Source of the DNA: Planctomycetota bacterium
GTDB taxonomy: Bacteria > Planctomycetota > UBA1135 > UBA2386
Length of the DNA: 64,000 nucleotides
Assembly (NCBI GenBank): GCA_046290465.1
Contig: JBKAGP010000001.1
Location: forward strand, 3,168,001-3,232,000
Reading direction: 5' to 3'
The notes under the pieces: generated by a model
Told to the model about the DNA's origin: nothing
What the model saw: only the letters and a program-made list of their open reading frames with translations
Databases searched by the model: none
Shown: in pieces, positions 38,338 through 48,136 of the stretch
Layout: every line of letters begins with the position of its first letter
How positions within the stretch are numbered: the stretch's first letter is position 1
Made by a program: the position numbers and the translations under genes

Positions 38338-39234
38338 TCAGCGGCGCCGGCGCGGCTTCGCGTAGGCCTCGAGGTCCTCGGCGACGCGCCGGATCTCGGC
38401 CTCGGTGACCAGGTCACCCTTGGTGCGACGCAGCATCTCGACGAACCAGGCGCACTCCCATTCGCTGACGGGGCCGCCGATGTTCTTGCCGTCGTTCTTG
38501 TCGCCGGTCTGCGCGTTGGAGCTGAGCAGCTCCTTGCCGTCGGGACCGACGATCACCGACCAGGGCAGGCCGCCGCTGCGCTTGCCCTTGTAGCGTTCGT
38601 TGATCTCCTTGCCGTGCAGATCGCGGTCGACGTCGATCATCACGTCGATCCAGCCACGCTGGTAGATCGGCCCCGTCACCTCTCGCCCGAGGAACTCCTC
38701 GAGCACCTTGCACCAGCCTCACCAGGGGGCGTCGAAGCGGATCAGGATGTTGCGACCGGTCTTGCGGGCAAGCTTCTTGGCGGCTGCGAGCTTCTTCTCG
38801 GCGTCGACCGGCGCACAGAAGTGCGGCTTGACGGCCGCGAGCAGCGCCTTGCCGTCGACCTTGCCTTCGTCGAGGAACACGTCGGACGACAGCGTCGCCA
38901 TCGTCTTGCCGGCGGCGTCCTGCACGACCAGCGACGGGCGCTGCACGCCCTTCCAGAGTTCGGAGTTGAGCGAGACGACCTCGAACTCGTAGAGGAACGT
39001 GCGCGAGATGCTGCGCTCCCGCTTGATCAGCTTCTCGAGGTCCTTGCCGTCCTCGGGCAGGACGACGAGCACGCGCTTGTTGTGCATCGCAGCACGCGCG
39101 CGCGCCTTGCGAAGCTCGGCAGTCAGCGTCGGCTGCGTCTGCTGCGTCTGCTTCTGCGGGGTCTCCGACTCCTGTGCCGGCGCGACCGCCCCGAGGGCGA
39201 GCACCAGCGCGAACGGATACAGTCTGTGTTTCAT
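38338..39234 (-). CDS. Exported thioredoxin-fold protein, candidate selenoprotein (W-U-G-W-C)
   Basis: AGGAGG RBS and signal peptide. In-frame TGA at 38721-38719 (codon 172) within ILIRFDAPW-*-GWCKVL. The frame continues into track ORF 38338..38706, which has the cis-Pro loop GGLPW. Confidence 0.8.
38686..38703 (-). promoter_or_regulatory. Candidate SECIS hairpin 1
   Basis: CUCGAGG-AGUU-CCUCGGG. The loop begins 22 nt after the UGA. Confidence 0.5.
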
Positions 39235-39272
39235 GGCTACCTCCTGCGGTGCCATGAGCATACCCGTCGCGG

Positions 39273-41102
39273 TCAGGCGATCGGCAGTTCGAGCACGAAG
39301 CAGGCACCACCGCCCGGGCCGTCCTGCAGATACAGCTCGCCGCCGAGGTCGCGGGCCAGGCCGCGCGCCAGCGGCAGCCCGAGGCCGACGCCGGGCACGT
39401 CGTTGCTGCCGCCGCGCACCGCGCCGCGATCGAACGGCACGAACACCGCTTCGCGATGCTCCGCGGCCACGCCCGGGCCGTGGTCGCAGGTCGTGAACGA
39501 GACTTGCCCGTCGCGCACGTCGATCGACAGGTGCACCGTCTTGTCGTGCGCACCGCTTGCGTACTTCGCCGCGTTGTCGGCGAGGTTGAACAGGATCTGG
39601 CCGACCGCCTCCTCGTCGGTCTCGAGCACCGCCGGCCTGGCGTCGTCCTCGAAACGCACGTCGAGCATCATGCCGACCTCGCCGAGGCGCCGGCCGATCA
39701 CCGGCACGACCCGATCGACGACCGCGTTGACGGCGACACGTTCGCGCCGCCCGGTGAAGCGGCCCTCCTCGAGGCGCGACCACGCCAGCACGTTCTCGAC
39801 GACGCGCGCGAGGCGGTCGGACTCGCGCTGCAGCGTGGTCAGGTATTCGCGCTGCGCGTCGGGGTCCTTGACGACGCCGTCGGCGAGCATCTCGCTGTAC
39901 ATCCGGAACGTCGTCAGCGGTGTGCGCAACTCGTGCGTCACCGCCGACGCGAAGCGCGCCCGCCGTTCGCCGAAGCCGATTGCGGTGCGCAGCGTGAATC
40001 CGAGCACGCACAGGCCGAGCAGCGTCACGCCCCACGTCGTCCACAGGATCGCGTTGATCGGCAGCTCCGCTTCCATCACCGGCCCGCGGAACTCGGCCTC
40101 GAGCCGCGCCGGCACCGAGGCGAGCATCGACGGCTGCTCGGCGGCGCTCGGCTCCTCGCAGCGCACGATGCGGGCGCAGCCGTGCTCGAACAGATCGGTC
40201 ACCAGCGCCAGCAATTCGCTCTCGAGGCGCGGCCAGTCGACCAACACGGCCTGCATGCGCGCGGCGCCACCGCTGACGACGCGCCGCGCGAACACCAGTT
40301 CGGCGCCCCCGCCGTCGAGCCAGACCGGCACCATCGGCCCGACCGCGTCGTCCTCCTTGCCGAGGTAGCCGCCCGGATTGCCGTAGTTGGCGACGTCGTT
40401 GGCGATGTTGTTGCGGAACGCACGCTGACGGTTGTCGAGCTCGTTGACGCTCTGCATCGTCTGCGCCTGCGACGCCAACTGGGCGCGCGGCCGCGGCGAC
40501 TCCGGCGTCTCGACCTGCTCGACCGGCGCCGGCGCCTGTTCGATCCCGGCGACATTGCCGCCGAGCTTGGGCAGCTCGAGGATCGCACACGAGAGCTTGC
40601 TGCTCAGGTCTTCGACCGGCAGCGAGCCCTGCAGCTCCAACAGCTTCTTGCGGGCGCGGTCGAGCACGTCGCCGGAGATGCCGTTGGCCTCGGCGAAGTC
40701 GCGTTCGTTGCCGGTCGGGCTCTGCGGGCTGCAGAGGCCCTGCGAGGTCACCTCGAAGTGCAGCGGGAACAGCTCCGACTCGGCGCCGAGCAGCGGCGAC
40801 TGCACCAACACCTGGTTCGGCGCGATCTTGTTGAAGCCGCTGGTCCACGCATTGGAGGTCCGCGGGAACGGGTCGTAGTCGGTCGCCGGGCGCAGCGATT
40901 CGCGCACCAGCTGCGGTGCCAGCCAGCTGTCCATGCGCCACAGCGCCAGCCGCAGCCGCTCCTGCCGCGCCGCCTCGCGGCGCGCGTCGCGTTCGTCGAG
41001 GTCGAGCTGCAGCAGCGTGACCGTCAGCCACGACAACACCGCCAGCATCACCGCGGTGACGCCGACGAACCACCACAGCGCAGCGCCGCGAGGGGAGCTC
41101 AA
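39273..41102 (-). CDS. Membrane sensor histidine kinase
   Basis: Two TM helices. H-box VTHELRTPLT, N-box NLADNAAKY, DHGPG and GVGLGL. TTG start overlaps the regulator stop. Confidence 0.92.
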   Translation of the reverse strand: MSSPRGAALWWFVGVTAVMLAVLSWLTVTLLQLDLDERDARREAARQERLRLALWRMDSWLAPQLVRESLRPATDYDPFPRTSNAWTSGFNKIAPNQVLVQSPLLGAESELFPLHFEVTSQGLCSPQSPTGNERDFAEANGISGDVLDRARKKLLELQGSLPVEDLSSKLSCAILELPKLGGNVAGIEQAPAPVEQVETPESPRPRAQLASQAQTMQSVNELDNRQRAFRNNIANDVANYGNPGGYLGKEDDAVGPMVPVWLDGGGAELVFARRVVSGGAARMQAVLVDWPRLESELLALVTDLFEHGCARIVRCEEPSAAEQPSMLASVPARLEAEFRGPVMEAELPINAILWTTWGVTLLGLCVLGFTLRTAIGFGERRARFASAVTHELRTPLTTFRMYSEMLADGVVKDPDAQREYLTTLQRESDRLARVVENVLAWSRLEEGRFTGRRERVAVNAVVDRVVPVIGRRLGEVGMMLDVRFEDDARPAVLETDEEAVGQILFNLADNAAKYASGAHDKTVHLSIDVRDGQVSFTTCDHGPGVAAEHREAVFVPFDRGAVRGGSNDVPGVGLGLPLARGLARDLGGELYLQDGPGGGACFVLELPIA

Positions 41103-41803
41103 ACGGCCTCCCCCTGCGCCAGCATGTAGCCCTTGCCGCGAACCGTCAGCACGACCTGCGGCGCATCGGATGGATCGGCGAGCTTGCCGCGCAGGTTGAC
41201 GATGTGCATGTCGACAGCACGCGTCGACGAGTCCCCGCCGGGCGGCAGCCCCCAGACGCGCTCGAGGATCTCGCTGCGTGCGATCGCGCGACCGCGGTTC
41301 TGCACCAGGTAGCGCAGCAGTTCGGCCTCGCGCTCGGACAGCTGCACGCGGCTCTGGTCGGGACGCTCGATCTCGCGCCGCTCGAAGTCGATCGCGCGGC
41401 CGGCGACCTCGACGCGACCGACGTCCGACGGCCGCTCGGCGCTGCGGCGCAGCACCGCTTCGACGCGCGCCAGCAGTTCCTTGGACGAGAACGGCTTGAC
41501 CACGTAGTCGTCGGCGCCGGTCTTGAGCCCGTGCACGCGGTCCTGCTCGGCGCCGCGAGCCGTGACCAGGATCACCGGCAGCTGCGGCCGCGCCCGGCGC
41601 ACCTCGGCGAGGATCTCGAAGCCGTCGCGGCCGGGCAGCATCACGTCGAGCACGATCAGGTCGAGCTCGGCACCCAGCGCGGTCTGCATGCCGTCGTCCC
41701 CGTCCTCGCACGCGAGCACGGTGTAGCCGGCAAACTGCAACGCATCGACCAGCCCGCGACGGATCGCGGGGTCGTCTTCCACGACGAGGACGGTCTTCGA
41801 CAT
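41099..41803 (-). CDS. OmpR-family response regulator
   Basis: VLVVEDD, LDVMLP, GADDYVVKPF, R.VDMHI..LR.K and TVRGKGY motifs. Confidence 0.95.
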   Translation of the reverse strand: MSKTVLVVEDDPAIRRGLVDALQFAGYTVLACEDGDDGMQTALGAELDLIVLDVMLPGRDGFEILAEVRRARPQLPVILVTARGAEQDRVHGLKTGADDYVVKPFSSKELLARVEAVLRRSAERPSDVGRVEVAGRAIDFERREIERPDQSRVQLSEREAELLRYLVQNRGRAIARSEILERVWGLPPGGDSSTRAVDMHIVNLRGKLADPSDAPQVVLTVRGKGYMLAQGEAV

Positions 41804-41850
41804 GAGCGGTCAGTCTACGTGGTTGTGGTTCGGGGCGGGGCGGGCGGCCA

Positions 41851-43197
41851 CTACTTGCGCACCTGCTTTCGGGCCTGCCGGACGTTGGCGGCCGGGGCCT
41901 CCTTCCGAGGCGCCTGCGGAGCCTTCTTCTCCGCCTTGATCGCCTCCTCCTGCTGGACCGGCTCCTCCTGGACCGGCTGCTGCTGGACCGGCTTCTCTGA
42001 CTCGGCCTTCTCCACGACCGACGGCGCCCGGCGCTCGAACCCGCGGCTGCGCGCCTGCGCCCGCACCGACTCCAGCATCGCCTCCTCGAACAGCTTCTCA
42101 CCCTTGCCGGCGAGCTTCTTGCGTTCGGCGAGCACGAAGGCGTCCCGCTGCTTGCCGATCTCGGCGACCTGCTTCTGGATCGCGCCGCGCTTCTTGGCCA
42201 TGCCGTCGACGTGCGCCTTCAGCTCCTCGACCGTCATCTTCTGCAGCGCCTCCGGCAGGTGCTCGGTCTTGACCGACGTCAGCACGAACTTCGGATCCTT
42301 GCAGGCATCGACCAGGTCGTAGCGCGGGTTGTGGTACAGGTTGCCGGCCTTGGTCTGGCAGCGTTGCGCGACGGCGCCGAGGTTGAGCGTGGCCGCGTTG
42401 CGATCCTGGGTGACCTGGTTCTGGGCCCACTGCACGCGGTTGGCGCCGTAGACGACGTAGGTCGAGTTGAGCTGGGTGCTGAGGTCCCGCAGCTGCTTGT
42501 CGAACGGCGTCTCGATCACGACCTGCTGGTTGTGTTCGATCGCGGTGAACTTGCCATCGGCGAGGCGGGCGACGTGGCGCCAGCCCTCGACCTCCGGCTT
42601 CTGCTGGCTGCCGCAGAAGATCGTGTTGACCAGGATGCCGCGCTGGATGGCGCGCTTCGCCATCTCGTCGGCGGCGAACTGCGGATCCTGCGTCGCCGGC
42701 TCGTTGCCGGCCACGAAGATCAGCTTGAGCGCCTGCTGGTCCTTCGACCAGTCGAGGTCGTCGAGCGATCGCTTGACCACGCGCGCGACGTATTCGCTGC
42801 CGCCGTTGGTCGACAGCGCGAACAGCTTCTGCGAGACCAGGTCGAGGTCGTCGGTCAGCCCGGTCTGGATCGCGACGAAGCCGCTGTCCTTGCCGTAGAG
42901 CGGGCTGCCGTAGGTCAGCAGGGCCACGCGCAGACGCGGCTGCGGCTGCAGCGTCGCCATGTCGTTGACGATCGACCAGAGGTTCTGGCGGGCCGAGTCG
43001 ATCAGGCCCTGCATGCTGCCGCTCACGTCGAGGCAGAGCACCAGGTCGATGTCGCGCGACGGCGACACTTCGCGGACCTCCGACACCACGGGCGCAGCCT
43101 CCGGGTCGGCGATCGGACGCATCGGAACGGACGGGAACGGCGCCTGCGCGAGGCTCATGCCGGCGAGCGCGAACAGCGTGGTCGTGGATCGGAACAT
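41851..43197 (-). CDS. Secreted VWA-domain protein
   Basis: Signal peptide, MIDAS motif DLVLCLDVSGSM, plus GGSE and FVAGNE. Confidence 0.88.
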   Translation of the reverse strand: MFRSTTTLFALAGMSLAQAPFPSVPMRPIADPEAAPVVSEVREVSPSRDIDLVLCLDVSGSMQGLIDSARQNLWSIVNDMATLQPQPRLRVALLTYGSPLYGKDSGFVAIQTGLTDDLDLVSQKLFALSTNGGSEYVARVVKRSLDDLDWSKDQQALKLIFVAGNEPATQDPQFAADEMAKRAIQRGILVNTIFCGSQQKPEVEGWRHVARLADGKFTAIEHNQQVVIETPFDKQLRDLSTQLNSTYVVYGANRVQWAQNQVTQDRNAATLNLGAVAQRCQTKAGNLYHNPRYDLVDACKDPKFVLTSVKTEHLPEALQKMTVEELKAHVDGMAKKRGAIQKQVAEIGKQRDAFVLAERKKLAGKGEKLFEEAMLESVRAQARSRGFERRAPSVVEKAESEKPVQQQPVQEEPVQQEEAIKAEKKAPQAPRKEAPAANVRQARKQVRK

Positions 43198-45596
43198 CAG
43201 CGGATCTCCTTCTTCGGGTTCTTCTTCTTCGGGGTCGTCTTCTTCTGGGTCTTCTTCTTCTGGGTCGTCTTCTTTTGGGTCTCGTTCTGCTGCTGCGCCG
43301 GCGGCTTCCCATCCGGCACCTTCGGGGTGGCCGGCACGACGACGGGGTTGGTCACCAGCACGTTCTTGCCGTCGACCTCGACGAGGATCTCGCCGGGCAT
43401 CGACAGCAGGCCGCAGCGGCCTTCGGACTCGAGGCGGCGCGCCAGCGCAAAGTAGGCCGGACTCGCCAGCGCGATCGTCTGGTGCGGCGTGATCGTCTGC
43501 GCGACCACGCTGTTGCCGTCGACCCAGCGGTTGCCGCGCTTGAAGAAGCCGCGGTCACAGACCTGCTGGATCAGGCTCAGCTCGACGCGGTTGCGGTCCT
43601 GGTCGAGGTAGACGTTGCGCGGGTTGGCGTAGAGCTGCGCCTTCTGCTTCCAGAGGTTCTCGCCCTGGTTGACCGCGGCCTTGCCGCTGCGGGTCACGAC
43701 CGCCCGCCCCTTCAGGCTCGACTGGCACGCCATCGACAGCGCGTTCCAGTCGTCGAGGCGGCTGCCCTCACGCGCCAGGAACGCGGTGTATTCGCCGAGC
43801 ACGCCGAAGCGCGTCGACAGCCGCAGGATCTCGTCGCGCAGTTCGCGCAGGCGCGGATCCGAGAACGGGTCGCGCTGCGGCGTGCCGAACGGCGCGCCGA
43901 GGTCGCCGCCCTGCTGGCGCAGTTCGTCGACCAAGAACGCGATCTGCCGGCTGGCCCACAGCCGCGGCACGAACGCGTGGCGGGTCGACGCCGAGCGGAC
44001 CGGCAACGTGAAGCGATAGCGCTTCTCGCCGGCGGGCGTGCGGCCGTGCAGTTCGAACGTCAGGTCGTCCTCCCCGCGGTACTGCCCCATCAGCACCAGC
44101 TGCTCGCCGGCGAACAGGTCGTTGATCCGGCGCGGCAGCACCTCGGCGGTGCGCGCGACCGTGGCCCCCTGGGCGTCGATCGTGCGCAGCACGGGGCTGG
44201 CGAGCACCGGGTGGTCGAGCCGCGCGAACGTGCGCGCGACCTTGACCTCGACGTCCTCCTCGGGCTGCACGTAGGTCGTCACCGCGCGGGTCTCGTCGGC
44301 GATCCGGTCCAGCAGCGGCACGTTGACGTCGTTGCCGACGCCGAAGCAGAACACGCGACGGCTGTGCTGGTTGCCCTTCTCGATCAGCCGGAACAGGTCG
44401 CGTTCGCTGGTCGGCCCGACGGTCGGCAGGCCGTCCGTCAGGAACAGCACCAGCGGCAGCGTGTCCGGCATCACCGGCGCACGCAGCGCCTCGAGCAGCG
44501 CGTCGTGGATGTTGGTGCCGCCGTGCGGCCGGATGTCGTCGAGGAAGCGGCGCGCCCGCGCCGTGGTCCGTTCGTCCTTCGCGACCGGCTGCTCGAACGC
44601 GCGGCCGACGTCGTTGCCGTAGTGGATGATCTGGATGCCCTCGCCGTCGCCGAGGCCCTCGAGGACCTGCAGCGCCGCCGCCTTGGCCTGCTCGAGCTTG
44701 CGCCCGGCCATGCTGCCCGAACGATCGAGCACCAGCGTCACCTCGCGGCGCAGCGCCTTGGCGCGGGCCATCTTCGGCGCGTTGGCGAGCAGCAGGAAGT
44801 AGCCGCCGCCGACCGTCGGGTCGGGATAGGTGAACATCGCCGCGGTCGGCTCGTCGTTCTTGCCCGACGTCGTGAAGCACAGCCGGAACGCACCGGGATC
44901 GCGCTGCGAGCCCTCGGTCACCCGCAGCGTCATCTTCTTGGCGCCGCGACGCGTGACGTGCAGTTCGTGGCTCGGCGAGTAGCAGACCCCGATCGTCGCG
45001 CGCGCCTGCAGGTCGACCGTGATCGACCACGGCGCCTCGAGCGTCAGCATCTCGCTGCGCGGCAGCAGGTAGTCGACGCGATCCCCGTCGACCTCGAGCA
45101 CGTGATCGTAGGTGAGCCGGATCTTCTGGCGGCCGTTGGCCGGCACCGGGAAGACGCTGCTGCGCAGGCAGCCGTAGCCGGCGAACTCCAGCAACGCCGG
45201 GTCCTTCAGCCGCGACGTGATCTGGTCGTAGAGCTTGCGCGCTTCGTCACGCGGCAGGATCTTCGCGGTCGGCTCGCTCGCCGGGCCTTCGAACGTGAAG
45301 TTGCTGACCGCCGCGCCGTCCGGCACCGGCAGCAGCAGCGCCGCCTCCTGCTGGCGGCCCGCCGGGTTGTGCAGCTCGAACTCGAGCGTGGTGGTCGCGG
45401 CCCGGTCGCGGATCACGACGTCGGCCTTGGCCGCCTGCACGCGCACCGGCGGGGTGCCGTACGGCGCGAGCACCGCGCGGCTCGGCACCACCCATTGGTG
45501 GCGCCACGGCCCCGTGGCATGGGGCGATTGGGACGGCAGCAGGGCTGCGAGCGCTGCGGCCGCCAGCGCGATTCCGGCCTGGGTTGCTTGCTTCAC
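43197..45596 (-). CDS. Secreted VIT + VWA domain protein (inter-alpha-trypsin inhibitor-like)
   Basis: VIT region (HNP..QEA..PVPDGAAV..DPALLE), VWA motifs LDRSGSM, GGTNI and FLTDG, and RLWA. AGAGG RBS before the GTG at 45596. Confidence 0.9.
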   Translation of the reverse strand: MKQATQAGIALAAAALAALLPSQSPHATGPWRHQWVVPSRAVLAPYGTPPVRVQAAKADVVIRDRAATTTLEFELHNPAGRQQEAALLLPVPDGAAVSNFTFEGPASEPTAKILPRDEARKLYDQITSRLKDPALLEFAGYGCLRSSVFPVPANGRQKIRLTYDHVLEVDGDRVDYLLPRSEMLTLEAPWSITVDLQARATIGVCYSPSHELHVTRRGAKKMTLRVTEGSQRDPGAFRLCFTTSGKNDEPTAAMFTYPDPTVGGGYFLLLANAPKMARAKALRREVTLVLDRSGSMAGRKLEQAKAAALQVLEGLGDGEGIQIIHYGNDVGRAFEQPVAKDERTTARARRFLDDIRPHGGTNIHDALLEALRAPVMPDTLPLVLFLTDGLPTVGPTSERDLFRLIEKGNQHSRRVFCFGVGNDVNVPLLDRIADETRAVTTYVQPEEDVEVKVARTFARLDHPVLASPVLRTIDAQGATVARTAEVLPRRINDLFAGEQLVLMGQYRGEDDLTFELHGRTPAGEKRYRFTLPVRSASTRHAFVPRLWASRQIAFLVDELRQQGGDLGAPFGTPQRDPFSDPRLRELRDEILRLSTRFGVLGEYTAFLAREGSRLDDWNALSMACQSSLKGRAVVTRSGKAAVNQGENLWKQKAQLYANPRNVYLDQDRNRVELSLIQQVCDRGFFKRGNRWVDGNSVVAQTITPHQTIALASPAYFALARRLESEGRCGLLSMPGEILVEVDGKNVLVTNPVVVPATPKVPDGKPPAQQQNETQKKTTQKKKTQKKTTPKKKNPKKEIR

Positions 45597-45681
45597 CGGG
45601 GCACCTCTCTCGGTCTGTTGGGTCACGTCGGGGTCCTGTTCTCTCTGTCGGACCAATAGACGTTGCAGACGCCCTGCTTTG

Positions 45682-45699
45682 GGTAAGGGGTCGGTAAGG
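45682..45699 (-). promoter_or_regulatory. Direct repeat CCTTACC-N4-CCTTACC (putative OmpR-type box)
   Basis: GGTAAGG at 45682 and 45693 (11-bp period), upstream of the operon that encodes an OmpR-family regulator. Confidence 0.45.
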
Positions 45700-45703
45700 C
45701 GGC

Positions 45704-45742
45704 TTGACGGATCGCGGCGACCGACTACTTTCTGGCACAAAG
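45704..45742 (+). promoter_or_regulatory. Putative sigma70 promoter with overlapping palindromic operator
   Basis: TTGACG-N16-TACTTT. The palindrome CTTT-N7-AAAG (45728-45742) overlaps the -10 element. Confidence 0.5.
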
Positions 45743-45761
45743 CCCAACCCCCGGGAGCCCC

Positions 45762-46388
45762 ATGGAACTCCGCGACGCGATCGACCAGATCACGACCATT
45801 CGCAGCCAGCTCGCTGCGACCGAACACCTCAAGAGCCTGCGCGCCGTGCCGGTCGCGTTCTCGGGTCTGCTGGCCATCGCCGCCGCGTTCGCGCAGGTGC
45901 TGTGGCTCGAGAACCCGCTCGACTACCCGCGGCGCTACCTGCTGATCTGGTGCGGCGCGGCGATCGTCAGCGGCATGCTGGCCACGATCGTGGTCGCGCG
46001 CCGCACGCTGCGCTGCCCGGGCGAGCTCAGCGCGGCCAACGCGTGGCAGGCGGTCCGACAGTTCGCACCGAGCCTGCTGGTCGGTGCGATCGTCACCTGG
46101 TTCGTCGTCGGCGAGCAGCCGCAGTTGCTGTGGCTGCTGCCGGGCCTCTGGCAGCTGCTGTTCGGCCTCGGCAACCTCGCGGCGCACCGCCTGCTGCCGC
46201 CGCCGGCGTTCTCGGTCGGACTGATGTTCGTCGTCACCGGTGCGTGCTGCCTCTACCTCGGCCCGCGCGCGCTCGAGCCGTGGGCGATGGGCGTGCCGTT
46301 CGCCGCCGGCCAGCTGGCGCTCGCGGCGATCCTGTGGTGGCACAACGAACGCAACGAACCCTTCCTCGCGATGGAGCGAACCCGATGA
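45762..46388 (+). CDS. Membrane protein (about 6 TM)
   Basis: GGAG RBS and hydrophobic helices. Coupled to the downstream winged-helix regulator. Confidence 0.8.
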   Translation: MELRDAIDQITTIRSQLAATEHLKSLRAVPVAFSGLLAIAAAFAQVLWLENPLDYPRRYLLIWCGAAIVSGMLATIVVARRTLRCPGELSAANAWQAVRQFAPSLLVGAIVTWFVVGEQPQLLWLLPGLWQLLFGLGNLAAHRLLPPPAFSVGLMFVVTGACCLYLGPRALEPWAMGVPFAAGQLALAAILWWHNERNEPFLAMERTR

Positions 46389-46771
46389 GAGCCGAAGAAA
46401 AGGACGACGGCCGCTACGCGTACGACGGCCTGGACCGCGTGCTGCACGAGAAGGCCCGACTGGGCATCGTCACGTCCCTGGCGGCCAAGGCCGACGGTCT
46501 GCTGTTCACCGACCTGAAGTCCCTGTGCCACCTGACCGACGGCAACCTCTCGCGGCACCTGACAGTGCTGCAGGAGGCCGGCATCGTCGAGATCCACAAG
46601 GGCTACAAGGGCAAGCGCCCGCAGACGCTATGCCGCCTGAGCGACGACGGCCGCAAGCGCTACCTCGACTACATCCACGTGCTCGAGAACGTGCTCGCCG
46701 ACGCCGTCGAGGCGTCCAAGGCCGCGCGCAAGTCGCGCCGCATCCTGCCGGACGGGTTCAGCCCGGCGTAG
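46385..46771 (+). CDS. Winged-helix transcriptional regulator (MarR/ArsR-like)
   Basis: LDRVLHEKARLGI..FTDLK..LTDGNLSRHL..L.EAG..GKRPQT..L...GR. ATGA overlap. Confidence 0.9.
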   Translation: MRAEEKDDGRYAYDGLDRVLHEKARLGIVTSLAAKADGLLFTDLKSLCHLTDGNLSRHLTVLQEAGIVEIHKGYKGKRPQTLCRLSDDGRKRYLDYIHVLENVLADAVEASKAARKSRRILPDGFSPA

Positions 46772-46813
46772 CTCATCCTCGGCAGCCCGGCGTAGCCCGT
46801 CCTCGGCACCCGG
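46759..46813. repeat. 24-bp tandem duplication spanning the regulator's stop codon
   Basis: CAGCCCGGCGTAGCTCATCCTCGG / CAGCCCGGCGTAGCCCGTCCTCGG / CACCCGG. Confidence 0.75.
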
Positions 46814-46822
46814 TCGCCCGGC

Positions 46823-48136
46823 TCAGTTCTCGCGATCGAACGACACGTCGACGCCGTTGTCGCGCAGCGCCTGCAGCAGGCTCTCGTCCGGATCGTCCAC
46901 CAAAGGCACGCCGCGGTCGAAGCGCAGCTGCAGCGACCGCAGCTTGTGCGCACGCCGCAGCGGCTCGAGCGAGTCCCGACCGCGCAACCGCAGCGTGACG
47001 CGTTCGAGGCTCGGGTGGCGAGCGATCGCCTCGAGCACGCGTTGGTCGAGCCACCCGTGCAGGAACACCGCCTTCAAGCGCAGCGCGCCGAGCAGGTCGA
47101 CCACCGCCTGGTAGTGGGTCGCGTGGTGGAAGATCAGCTCCTCGAGGTCGGCGAGCCGCTTGAGGTCGGCGATCGTCGACGGCGTCATCACGTGGTGACC
47201 CAGACGCAGCCGCTGCAGGCCCTGGGGCAGCCGCCGCATGAAGCGGTCGTCGAAGTTGCTCTCGTCGAGATCGAGATCCACCAGCGCCGGCATCTGCTCG
47301 AACGCGGCGAACGCGTGCTCGCCGAGCGCGGGCGTCTTCTCCGAGTAGCCGGTCATGAAGCGCACGGCGAGGTGGCCGACCGTCGGCAGCTTCGCGAGCT
47401 CGCGGTAGACCGTCGCGGCCGAGACCGGACAGCCGTTGAGTTCGAGGTGCGTCAGGCGCAGTGGCGCCAGCGCCTCGAGGAAGCCCGACCCGATCGTCGC
47501 CTGATGGATGCGGAGTTCGCGCAGCGCCGGCAGCCCGGTCAGCGCCGCCGCAGCCTCGGCATCGACCACGGTGCGGCCCGGCAGCGCCAGCGAGCGCAGC
47601 CGCTCTGCGCCGGCGAGGCTGCGCAGGTGCGGCGCGGTCAGCTTCATCTCCGCCGGCAGCTGCAGGACCTCCAGGGTCGTCAGCGTGCCGATCGGCCGCA
47701 GCGCATCCGGGTGCTCGTCGACCTTCTGCCAGGCAGCTCCTTCGCCGCGCGGGTTCAGCACGATCAGCTGACGCAACGCGCGGAACCGTTCGACGTGCGC
47801 GAGGTCGGTCGGGTCATCGAGCACCAGCAGCAGCGACGGCGCGTCGACGTCCAGCGCGAGCATCTGCTCGACGCTCGTGCACGCCTTGGGCTTGGGGATC
47901 GGCGCGGGGTCCTGGACCTCGCGCTCGCCGGCCTGGTGCGGCGTGCGACCCGACGACCACCAGAGGGTCACCGCGACGACGCCGATGCCAAGCAGCGCGA
48001 CCGCCGCCCCGAGCCAGCTACGCCGCGTCGACGGCGCCGCCGCAGGCGACGCCCCGGGGCGACCGAACACCTCGGCGAGCGACGCGTCCAGCAGCCGTTC
48101 GCGCGCGTTGGCCAGATCCTGTTCTCGATCGCTCAT
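46823..48136 (-). CDS. Single-TM leucine-rich-repeat protein, putative anti-sigma factor
   Basis: ATGA overlap with the sigma gene. One TM helix, then repeated LxxLxL units (LRQLIV, LEVLQL, LRSLAL, LRELRI, LTHLEL, LVDLDL). Confidence 0.8.
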   Translation of the reverse strand: MSDREQDLANARERLLDASLAEVFGRPGASPAAAPSTRRSWLGAAVALLGIGVVAVTLWWSSGRTPHQAGEREVQDPAPIPKPKACTSVEQMLALDVDAPSLLLVLDDPTDLAHVERFRALRQLIVLNPRGEGAAWQKVDEHPDALRPIGTLTTLEVLQLPAEMKLTAPHLRSLAGAERLRSLALPGRTVVDAEAAAALTGLPALRELRIHQATIGSGFLEALAPLRLTHLELNGCPVSAATVYRELAKLPTVGHLAVRFMTGYSEKTPALGEHAFAAFEQMPALVDLDLDESNFDDRFMRRLPQGLQRLRLGHHVMTPSTIADLKRLADLEELIFHHATHYQAVVDLLGALRLKAVFLHGWLDQRVLEAIARHPSLERVTLRLRGRDSLEPLRRAHKLRSLQLRFDRGVPLVDDPDESLLQALRDNGVDVSFDREN

